DNA of 64,000 nucleotides, from positions 186,001 to 250,000 of the IMG/VR virus record IMGVR_UViG_3300036766_000194; one strand, given 5' to 3'. Position 1 is the stretch's first letter, and each line of letters opens with the position of its first letter. The position numbers and the translations under genes were made by a program. A model generated the notes under the pieces. The model ran no database searches. It was not told where the DNA came from and was given only the letters and a program-made list of their open reading frames with translations. Shown one piece after another: positions 46,287 through 53,814 of this stretch.

Positions 46287-46453
46287 TTTATGCAAATCCC
46301 TCTGTTTTCTTCTAAAACGTAGAAATCAATATCGTCCGTCTTAGCCCAACGCCCTGCGTATCCGGTCATCTGCAACTTCATGACGTCGCCGCATTCCGGC
46401 GCACCCACCAGTCCCGTACCCACGTTGGGATCACTCTTGTCGAGTGAACCCAT
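46283..46453 (-). CDS. iscU: 56-aa chimeric ORF: IscU fragment (28 aa) fused to unrelated sequence
   Basis: MGSLDKSDPNVGTGLVGAPECGDVMKLQ then MTGYAGRWAKTDDIDFYVLEENRGICIK; hand-translated, below the ORF-track cutoff. Confidence 0.8.
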   Translation of the reverse strand: MGSLDKSDPNVGTGLVGAPECGDVMKLQMTGYAGRWAKTDDIDFYVLEENRGICIK

Positions 46454-46481
46454 ATCTCTATTCTACTGGAAGACAAGTATC

Positions 46482-46555
46482 TGGAGCTATCGGATGGAAT
46501 CGAACCATCACTTCGACTTTACCAAAGTCGAGAACTGCCACTATTCTACGATAGC
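46482..46555 (-). tRNA. tRNA-Thr(GGT)
   Basis: Cloverleaf; loop TT-GGT-AA; CCA. Confidence 0.93.
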
Positions 46556-46601
46556 ATTTTCAGGTATTTCTCCACTTTTTCTGCATTTGGATCCATAAAA
46601 C

Positions 46602-46675
46602 TGGAGCCTAGTGTCAGAATCGAACTGACATCCCCTGATTACGAAACAGGGATTCTGCCATTGAACCAACTAGGC
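46602..46675 (-). tRNA. tRNA-Thr(CGT)
   Basis: Cloverleaf; loop TT-CGT-AA; CCA. Confidence 0.9.
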
Positions 46676-46744
46676 AAATACCCCGAACGGTAATGTTTCT
46701 GAGAAATATCCTTTGAATCTCAAAAATATTACCGCCCGGTAACT

Positions 46745-46822
46745 TGGAGCTAACGGTGAGATTCGAACTCACGGGTTGCCTGTTTACAAGACAGGTGCGA
46801 TGGGCCACTCCGCCACGTTAGC
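46745..46822 (-). tRNA. tRNA-Thr(TGT)
   Basis: Cloverleaf; loop CT-TGT-AA; CCA. Confidence 0.93.
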
Positions 46823-46825
46823 AAA

Positions 46826-46900
46826 TGGTTCCCAGAACACGACTCGAACGTGTACAGCAAGTTCCAAAGACTTGCGTCCTACCGATTAGACGATCTGGGA
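46826..46900 (-). tRNA. tRNA-Gln(TTG)
   Basis: Cloverleaf, U1-A72; loop CT-TTG-GA; CCA. Confidence 0.93.
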
Positions 46901-47035
46901 GTAGAAAAACAAGCAGCGACTTCAAGATATTACGATTCAGTTGTGAGAGAAAAAGCCGCCGCGAACCGCTTACAGAGTGTAAGTTCGTTGGTACGTTCGT
47001 GTTCGGCGACAAGTGTTCATGGTGTTCTGTATATA

Positions 47036-47332
47036 TTATACCGTAGTTCTCTGAAAAAAGTTAATTAGCGATTTTCTTCTCTTTGCGCACTCCAGAGACC
47101 AACGCGGCGTCATAAAGAGGCCGCGAATCCAATCTTCCATCTCCTCATCCATAAAACTTCTCAATGGTACGATTTCTGAATGACCAATACCAAAGGTCAT
47201 GGCATGGGATTCAATTTCTTCTAAATAGCAACATTGGGCGGGGTTACGAGGGGCAATTGGTTTTTTATATTTCTCAGGAACAGGATGAGAAGACTTTGGC
47301 GGTCTATTTTTGATAAGAACCTCGCTACTCAT
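47036..47332 (-). CDS. Hypothetical protein
   Basis: ORF track. Confidence 0.55.
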   Translation of the reverse strand: MSSEVLIKNRPPKSSHPVPEKYKKPIAPRNPAQCCYLEEIESHAMTFGIGHSEIVPLRSFMDEEMEDWIRGLFMTPRWSLECAKRRKSLINFFQRTTV

Positions 47333-47347
47333 TTAAGGTTCTGGTAG

Positions 47348-48010
47348 CTACTCTTCTAAATCTAAGGTAGAATACTCCAGAGAGGCTGCGTGCGCAGCAG
47401 GCTCCCCAGCTAAAGCATTTGCTGCAGACTGTAAATCATTACGTCCTAGGACAAAACCGTGACGAAATAGCTCCCAAATGAACCCATTATTAGCGATAAA
47501 AAGTTCGTTGGGATGTTGGGGAGAAGAATAAGTTTCATACGGGATGTGAAAATTGTCAGTGGGCTTAGGAAACCGGACAATCATTGTCAATGCCCAACGT
47601 TTTGTATCGTCCCTTAGTATACTGACCCCGGAAGTTTCTTTAGTAATTTTATACCCGGTGGCGACTTCATAATCGGATTGAAATTTAGGATACTGCTTAG
47701 GAGGCATACTGGCGGATATAGAACATCCGTTATGGAGTAGGTAGTTTTCAAACTCACCACTAGGAAGAATGGTGACTTTCTTGTGACCTGGCCCCTTTTT
47801 CTTTTCTGGTAGAGGTTTTACCGCATGGTTGGAAGGTTGTAAAAATTGTTCCTTGAGTTTTTTGTCACCAAATTCAGACTTATCAAAACGAACGGTTACG
47901 ATGTCGCCATCTTGGGATACAACGGTTCCGGTACCAAATGCTGTACTAATAACGCCTTGTCCTGGTAGGTAGTCCATGTTAAGGGATGGAAAAGTAGATA
48001 TATATGGCAA
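47348..48010 (-). CDS. Protein with an N-terminal PcrA/UvrD-type Tudor-like domain (start possibly ATG 47977)
   Basis: GQGVISTAFGTGTVVSQDGDIVTVRFDKSEFGDKKL. Confidence 0.65.
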   Translation of the reverse strand: MPYISTFPSLNMDYLPGQGVISTAFGTGTVVSQDGDIVTVRFDKSEFGDKKLKEQFLQPSNHAVKPLPEKKKGPGHKKVTILPSGEFENYLLHNGCSISASMPPKQYPKFQSDYEVATGYKITKETSGVSILRDDTKRWALTMIVRFPKPTDNFHIPYETYSSPQHPNELFIANNGFIWELFRHGFVLGRNDLQSAANALAGEPAAHAASLEYSTLDLEE

Positions 48011-48062
48011 AGATTATTGAATTTCCCACACCCAAGTGTCAAAAATGCGATAGACCCATACA

Positions 48063-48290
48063 TTATGGACTGGAGGGAGATCCTTGTTCATTGTGTGAGG
48101 AATGCTGCGTGTTAGATATGTTGGAAATTGTGAAAAAATCTAAACAAATTTTGTAACGAATAGAATTTCGTAATTTTAGAGTTTTGCGAACGTGACAATT
48201 AGCACAATGCACATCACATAGAGCTATCTCTTCCAATAAGCTTTTTCGGCTTCCCAAGGTTAAAGAAGTTACATGTTGTTTTATCTAAAA
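48063..48290 (-). pseudogene. HNH-type endonuclease C-terminal remnant
   Basis: LLEEIALCDVHCANCHVRKT with no intact N-terminus. Confidence 0.55.
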
Positions 48291-48292
48291 CA

Positions 48293-48322
48293 AAAAGGTC
48301 CTAGATTTCTCTAGGACCTTTT
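48293..48322 (-). terminator. Terminator downstream of the tmRNA gene
   Basis: Perfect 12-bp stem AAAAGGTCCTAG/CTAGGACCTTTT plus T run. Confidence 0.9.
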
Positions 48323-48340
48323 CGTAGCCGTTATTTTATA

Positions 48341-48694
48341 GAGTGGACAAACTCCAGGCTGATGTTAAGCCGCCGCTGCCATCGCAAAGGTGGCTGTTGG
48401 CTGCATAGCAGCGAACGGCAGAACCTTGGATGTCATACGGGCAACAGTGTTTTTGACACTTATTGTCTGCGACCCGAATATCGTTCGGATTGCACCTACG
48501 GCGCGTAAGCAATTTCGATTCAGTCGGATCGGCGACTCCAGATCAGGCCCATAGAAAAACTTGGTGGACCTGCGGGGATTCGAACCCCGGTACGAAACGA
48601 CAACCAAAACGCCTTCTTCCCTTACGGGTATTTACGAGCGTCAATGTCTCAGCAACCAGACCGGGTAACGAACTTCTGTCCGGCACCAGTCGCT
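48341..48694 (-). ncRNA. ssrA: Two-piece (circularly permuted) tmRNA gene
   Basis: Minus strand order: T arm CGGGG-TTCGAAT-CCCCG, CAGGTCC-A-CCA (CCA end at 48562), 11-nt spacer, then GGGCCTGATCTGGAGTCG (starts 48550). The acceptor stem has G3-U70 and A73. A frame ending ...TFAMAAAA-TAA follows. Outer limits approximate. Confidence 0.9.
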
Positions 48695-48749
48695 GTCTAT
48701 ATATTACTTGAAAAGTTAAGAAAAGCTAGTGTCTTTCGCTTTTCTATTT

Positions 48750-48974
48750 CTATCGCCCAATCTTTTCTATTTTTGTTAGAAAAATAGAATTTAGAGCTTC
48801 ATTAACTGCCTTCATCTGTTCAATTCCCTGTTGGCAAGCATCTAGGCTCTCTTTACTTATGTTGAAGATGCCGAGGCTGCCATTGTCAAGTTCCATTTCT
48901 TGAATGATGGCTTTGGCAATTTCACGGGGATTAGGTGAAACGTTTAATTCCGTTGTCCGCAACAAACTGGGCAT
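48750..48974 (-). CDS. Hypothetical protein
   Basis: ORF track; overlaps the upstream gene end. Confidence 0.5.
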   Translation of the reverse strand: MPSLLRTTELNVSPNPREIAKAIIQEMELDNGSLGIFNISKESLDACQQGIEQMKAVNEALNSIFLTKIEKIGR

Positions 48975-49911
48975 GATCAGCGGGAGGGAGTTCCCACGGG
49001 AGCGTCTTTACTCCCGGATAATAATAATTATCTGTTGGTCCATACATATCCAGAGTATAAGCGCCCCGTTGATTAAGAAGTTCCTTACCGATTTCGGTCA
49101 ACAGCCAGGGAGAGTTCACTCCGTCTTTCTTTTCAATGACACCCTCACGACGCATGTGGGTAAGAAGAGAAGAATCGTGTAAGGAGGGAAAATACGCCTT
49201 GAGTTCTTTGCTTATACAACCATCCGGGCGCGTGGCAATGGCTTGGAGAATTCCGTGACCTTGACTGCCAGCACGATACAACTTGGAAACGGTCCTGTTA
49301 CGGGGTGTAGAAAATTCCTGAGTCGTGTGGTCCAGCTTTTTGAAGAAATTCATATTTTGGACATCGTCCATGTCATTATAACTTGTAAACTGGTGGCGGA
49401 TATTCTCAAGCTCGGAGTGAGTATCGGAGAAGTTGGCATAACCATTAGCGAAGCTACCCCCGATCATGTTGAGTTTATTGGAAATGGAATTCTTGTCCTT
49501 AACCCTGTTCAACTGAAGAACTTCTTTTCCCAGTTGTGTCAGCTGCATACCCAAGTCATATCTGCGCTTTTGTTCCAGAGTTTGGATATTCGGCATTGCG
49601 CGTTTCCTCCGTTTGTATTCTACTGGATTAGACGCTAAACGGCTATTTCCCATATGCTCTATAGGTTTAGCCTGACCACTTACATAGATTTTAAGTGATT
49701 CTGAATCGGATCCTTCGGCTAAAATTCTACGCAAGTTACTAAGGAATTGCCAACTTCCGTCAGGATACACAAACATCTTACCTGTATCTCCCTGCTTACG
49801 CCACATAGAAAATTCATCAGGGCTTGCTATTCTATCCCATCCGTGTTCCATCAACAGGATATCAGCATCCCTGTCCATAGCTCCTTTGTGTAAAAACCAA
49901 GCCTTAGCCAT
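48931..49911 (-). CDS. Mosaic protein starting with leader MAKAWFLHKGA
   Basis: Three modules separated by RLAS, KRA and YRA motifs; last module winged-HTH-like. Confidence 0.8.
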   Translation of the reverse strand: MAKAWFLHKGAMDRDADILLMEHGWDRIASPDEFSMWRKQGDTGKMFVYPDGSWQFLSNLRRILAEGSDSESLKIYVSGQAKPIEHMGNSRLASNPVEYKRRKRAMPNIQTLEQKRRYDLGMQLTQLGKEVLQLNRVKDKNSISNKLNMIGGSFANGYANFSDTHSELENIRHQFTSYNDMDDVQNMNFFKKLDHTTQEFSTPRNRTVSKLYRAGSQGHGILQAIATRPDGCISKELKAYFPSLHDSSLLTHMRREGVIEKKDGVNSPWLLTEIGKELLNQRGAYTLDMYGPTDNYYYPGVKTLPWELPPADHAQFVADNGIKRFT

Positions 49912-49958
49912 TATTGACCTCTATAGTGGAGTGGAAATTAACTCAACTGAGGAAGAAT
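49862..49958. repeat. 97-bp direct repeat, copy 1 (promoter motif + SD + first 17 codons)
   Basis: Identical to 50491..50587 (offset 629). Confidence 0.95.
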
Positions 49959-49973
49959 GATTTGTAGTCCAAC

Positions 49974-50237
49974 TTACGAAATCCCGTTTCTAGAATTTCG
50001 TAATCCCAAGTAACTAATAATATCACCATTCACCAAGCTCCGTGTATAAGGAGCAAGTTGAACTTCGTTCTGACCGTATTCCCAAACCAAATGGAGAATT
50101 CGAGAGTCAAACTCATCATGATCACGACTCTGAATCCCACGAAGAAGTTCGACATCCTTATCTGGAATTTCGACTATGCGAAAGTAGTTCAAACTATCCC
50201 CTTGATACATTCCTCGAAGTTCAACTGGAATTCTCAT
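49974..50237 (-). CDS. Hypothetical protein
   Basis: AAGGAG SD. Confidence 0.7.
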   Translation of the reverse strand: MRIPVELRGMYQGDSLNYFRIVEIPDKDVELLRGIQSRDHDEFDSRILHLVWEYGQNEVQLAPYTRSLVNGDIISYLGLRNSRNGIS

Positions 50238-50248
50238 TCAAAGTCTCC

Positions 50249-50374
50249 TTGATAAGGAGTCGCAGCACGTTCATCAAGAATTCGTCGGTACGCCAAATTC
50301 CAATCAGTATGCTTGATAAGGCCTCGCAGCATTTTCATCAAGAATTCGTCGGTACGCCAAATTCCAATCAGTAT
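50249..50374. repeat. Tandem duplication with 64-bp period (41-bp perfect core)
   Basis: 50270..50310 = 50334..50374. Confidence 0.95.
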
Positions 50375-50540
50375 ACTGACCAAGTTCCTCGAAAGTAGTG
50401 ACGGAACCGTCATCACCGACCCAACGAGTCGGCATACGACCAACAGAAGCAGCAACATATCCGTCGTTGCGACGCCAGACATAATAAACGTCAGCATCCC
50501 TGTCCATAGCTCCTTTGTGTAAAAACCAAGCCTTAGCCAT
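50304..50540 (-). CDS. 78-aa protein with the same MAKAWFLHKGAMDRDAD leader
   Basis: Starts inside repeat copy 2; its stop is created by the 64-bp duplication. Confidence 0.7.
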   Translation of the reverse strand: MAKAWFLHKGAMDRDADVYYVWRRNDGYVAASVGRMPTRWVGDDGSVTTFEELGQYTDWNLAYRRILDENAARPYQAY

Positions 50541-50587
50541 TATTGACCTCTATAGTGGAGTGGAAATTAACTCAACTGAGGAAGAAT
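50491..50587. repeat. 97-bp direct repeat, copy 2
   Basis: Identical to 49862..49958. Confidence 0.95.
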
Positions 50588-50604
50588 TAAGTACTTATAC
50601 AATT

Positions 50605-51618
50605 ATGCAGATTCCTATTCCTCCTTCTGGAGTTATACCTAACCACATTTTTGAAACCTATTGGAATTTTGCCAGTGAGCGTCAACGTGTGTTTTGGAAA
50701 CGCAAGAATGGTGAACCAGGTCCTTGGAGTGAAGATCCTATTCTGCAAACCTATAAATTTACCAATACTTACCGGGTACTGGATAGAGTCAGCCAGTACC
50801 TATTGAGGAATATCATCGTCTATCCGGAGTGTAGCGATTTGGATTGTACAGTCCACTCTTCTCCTGAGAACACAATCTTCCGTATTATGTTCTTTAAGCT
50901 ATTCAATCGTCCAGAAACTTGGGAAATGCTCAGCAGTGAATTAGGCGAAGAACCCCATATAGATAATTTTAACTTTACCATCTACGATGAAACTCTTACA
51001 TCTGCTCAAGATCGTGGAGAGAAAATTTATTCCAACGCATACATGATGACAGCTGCGGGTAGTAACGGGGATCGTCGTCACCGGATGTATTTGCGATTGT
51101 ATGAAAAGATGTTTCATGAGGATAAAATCCAGGACAAGATTTTAGAAGCCACTTCACTAGAGGCTCTCTACAATCTTATCCGTACATATCGGACCATGGG
51201 ACCATTCCTCGCGATGCAGTACGCAATTGACCTCAATTATTCTCCGTTCGTAAATTTCTTAGAGACAGACTTCATCATAGCCGGACCGGGAGCTAGAAGA
51301 GGAATCCTAAAATGTTTTGATAGCATAGGAAACCACAATGAAGCTGATGTTATAAGATGGGTTCAAGAAACTCAAGATGAACAATTTATGTCGCGAGGGT
51401 TAGAATTTAAAAAGATAGGAAATCGTCCTCTACAGTTAATTGATTGCCAGTCGTTATTTTGTGAGGTGGATAAATTTACAAGAGCAAGTAACCCTGAAAT
51501 CCAGGTTGAGACAGGATCCGGGGATGCTCAAAAACGAGCAAGGATTAAACAGAACTTCAAGGAAAACAGTAATAAGATTGAGTATGTGTTTCCCTCCAAA
51601 TGGGGAGTTAAGATATGA
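50605..51618 (+). CDS. aGPT-Pplase1 family (alpha-glutamyl/putrescinyl thymine pyrophosphorylase clade 1; amino acid:DNA transferase-like)
   Basis: YWNFASERQRVF...GPWSEDPILQTYKFTNTYRVLDRVSQYL, FKLFNRPETW, GPFLAMQYAIDLNY, AGPGARRG, IDCQSLFCEVDK; start moved to ATG 50605. Confidence 0.85.
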   Translation: MQIPIPPSGVIPNHIFETYWNFASERQRVFWKRKNGEPGPWSEDPILQTYKFTNTYRVLDRVSQYLLRNIIVYPECSDLDCTVHSSPENTIFRIMFFKLFNRPETWEMLSSELGEEPHIDNFNFTIYDETLTSAQDRGEKIYSNAYMMTAAGSNGDRRHRMYLRLYEKMFHEDKIQDKILEATSLEALYNLIRTYRTMGPFLAMQYAIDLNYSPFVNFLETDFIIAGPGARRGILKCFDSIGNHNEADVIRWVQETQDEQFMSRGLEFKKIGNRPLQLIDCQSLFCEVDKFTRASNPEIQVETGSGDAQKRARIKQNFKENSNKIEYVFPSKWGVKI

Positions 51619-51811
51619 TGACTTTTCTAGCCAGAGTATCTAGAGGACTTGTAGTTATCTTGAACCTTTATAGTGACTTTTATAGTGTTATTAGGGTTGA
51701 CGGTTTGGACTCTTCTAACAAAGCATCCCTACGGATTCTGGATTATTCTAGGAAGTACGGGAGGGTGTTATCTAATGGGTTGGGCTGACGAACGCCTAGA
51801 ATGGTTATGAA

Positions 51812-52183
51812 ATGATAGACCACAAAAAAGACTGGATTGGCGTGGACTTTGACGGTACACTAGCTTTCTATGACAAATGGCACGGTCCCACCCATCTGGG
51901 AGAGCCTCTACCCGAAATGGTGAGTCGGGTGAAGCAGTGGATAGCGGAAGATAAGAATGTTCGTATATTTACTGCTCGTTGTTATTCTCCTATTGATGAT
52001 GCCATTGCTCAACGAGAAGCAGCAATGGCCTTACTTGCTATGCAAGAATGGTGTCTAAAGCATCTTGGTGCTGTACTTCCTATCACTTGTGTTAAGGATT
52101 ATGGTATGACCGAATTTTGGGATGATCGTGCCGTACAGATGGAAAAGAATACCGGAAAACCTATAAAATCGCGAGGTGAGTGA
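51812..52183 (+). CDS. HAD-superfamily phosphatase-like protein
   Basis: IGVDFDGTLA, IFTAR, WDDRA. Confidence 0.8.
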   Translation: MIDHKKDWIGVDFDGTLAFYDKWHGPTHLGEPLPEMVSRVKQWIAEDKNVRIFTARCYSPIDDAIAQREAAMALLAMQEWCLKHLGAVLPITCVKDYGMTEFWDDRAVQMEKNTGKPIKSRGE

Positions 52184-52815
52184 GAATGTATCCCCAACGT
52201 ATTATAATAAATTTGAGGTCTACAAATGGAGGCGGCAAAACTTTTGCCGTCAAAAGTCTAATAAAGTATATGCAGGGAATTCCTATGTTCAGGGATGGGA
52301 AGATCTGGGCATATAACCTACAAAATCGTGTCTTCGTTTTGGGTCGTTATGAAACTCCAACCGGAGGATGTGATGGTATACGGACTCAAGAAGAAATCTA
52401 CGCAGGTATTCGTGAATTAGCAAAGCTAGGTAGCGTAGTATTTGAAGGTGTTCTTATATCCTGTATGTATGGGAAATATCGGGAGCTAGAAGATGAACTC
52501 AAGCCCACCCATAACTGGATCTGGGCTTGTCTTGACACGCCGTTAGAAAAGTGTATTGAACAGACTCTAAAACGTCGGGCGGAGAAAGGTAATACAAAAC
52601 CATTTGACCCAGAAAAGAGTCTTACAGGTAAATTCAGAGGAGTCATCACAACGCGAGCAACCTTAGAGAAGGAAGGTAGAGATGTCCGTACCCTTAACCA
52701 CCAGTTCACTCTGGCGAGTCTCTTAGACTGGCTAGGAGAACGTCCTCTAATTTACAGGTCTGTAGAACGCAGAGAAGCTGTTAGTCCCATTGATATTATG
52801 GGAGAGGTAAAATGA
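52180..52815 (+). CDS. P-loop nucleotide kinase of the type associated with base-modification clusters
   Basis: INLRSTNGGGKT, LGRYETPTGGCDGI, VVFEGVL, LDTPLEKCI. Confidence 0.75.
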   Translation: MRMYPQRIIINLRSTNGGGKTFAVKSLIKYMQGIPMFRDGKIWAYNLQNRVFVLGRYETPTGGCDGIRTQEEIYAGIRELAKLGSVVFEGVLISCMYGKYRELEDELKPTHNWIWACLDTPLEKCIEQTLKRRAEKGNTKPFDPEKSLTGKFRGVITTRATLEKEGRDVRTLNHQFTLASLLDWLGERPLIYRSVERREAVSPIDIMGEVK

Positions 52816-52930
52816 GAGTGATTAAGGAAACATTCGACACTAAATAGCTGCTTATGGCGTTAGACGACATATTGCTCTTCTTCCAACGTTTTCAAAGTCT
52901 TTACAGAAATCTTCCTATAAAGTCCCGACA

Positions 52931-53512
52931 TTACTGCACCAACTCGGGATGACGATACCCCGCCACCGTGAGAACCTTGGTAGCATAATCATCCCCGCTA
53001 ATAGTTCCGTCGTCAGTTCCCATTCCCAGATAGTGATGAAGTCCACCGCGCAATCCGTGAAGTCTTTTGTAAGAAGATAGAATCTTCGTTCCTTCTTCAA
53101 TTCCGCGTTCAGGGTCCATAAGATCTTCACAAGGGATGTTCCAAACTCTACTGTTAACCTGCATGTATCCGCAAGAATAACGCTTAGAAGACGCCTGAGA
53201 ATGACAACTTGACTCCACAAAAATGAGAGCAGACAATACTCTTGCCGGGATGTTGTGATCAACGGCCTTACGAGCCGTAATATAGATCAGATCCTCGTCT
53301 TCACAGCCATTAGCCGCATAAATATGACGAGAAACATCTTCAGCCATATGATATTTCTTCTGAAGTTTTTCCTGAGAAATTTGATTGATTATATCCTCAG
53401 GGGAGAAAGCCTTAACACGGAGGGGTTGGGGAACTTGAAACTCAGCGGTGATAAAGGACCCTGCTGTAGCTGAGAAAACTATAATTGAAGTTACAATAAC
53501 CAATATTCTCAT
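52931..53512 (-). CDS. Lytic transglycosylase (SLT) with N-terminal signal/TM segment
   Basis: ALIFVESS...GYMQV...LMDPERGIEEGTKIL. Confidence 0.85.
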   Translation of the reverse strand: MRILVIVTSIIVFSATAGSFITAEFQVPQPLRVKAFSPEDIINQISQEKLQKKYHMAEDVSRHIYAANGCEDEDLIYITARKAVDHNIPARVLSALIFVESSCHSQASSKRYSCGYMQVNSRVWNIPCEDLMDPERGIEEGTKILSSYKRLHGLRGGLHHYLGMGTDDGTISGDDYATKVLTVAGYRHPELVQ

Positions 53513-53574
53513 ACAGGTATTCTACTGTAGAAAGCAGACTTCGGTTAGTTTGTAAACCTATGTAGATACTGTAG

Positions 53575-53814
53575 TTACTTGCTTAATTCAGCCTTCAAAG
53601 CATCGTGACTCTGGCCCTTATTAACTTTTCCATCAATAATGTGTTTCCAATTATCTCCCGGTCCAGTCCATACTTCTTCATTTCCTCTAGTGTAGTGATC
53701 CCATCCAGAAGGTTCAGCATGTTGGAATTCAAAACCTAAAGGAGTGAGCAACGCCATATCTTCATCACGATCGCGAGCATCAGCCCAACGGAATAAACGG
53801 GAAGTAAGTCTCAT
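53575..53814 (-). CDS. Small protein with leader MRLTSRLFRWA
   Basis: Start moved to ATG 53814 (AGAGG SD, promoter motif). Confidence 0.7.
   Translation of the reverse strand: MRLTSRLFRWADARDRDEDMALLTPLGFEFQHAEPSGWDHYTRGNEEVWTGPGDNWKHIIDGKVNKGQSHDALKAELSK

Noticed and set aside
48365-48711. ORFs 48365..48607 and 48463..48711 as protein genes
   Set aside because: They overlap the tmRNA gene; only the 3' part of 48365..48607 is meaningful, as the tag frame
50249-50374. Repeat pair as a mini CRISPR array
   Set aside because: Only two copies, contiguous with no spacer, lying inside a coding region; no cas genes
51614-51810. Small membrane-protein-like frame between Pplase1 and HAD genes
   Set aside because: Hydrophobic frame has no usable start after upstream stops; not supportable as a gene
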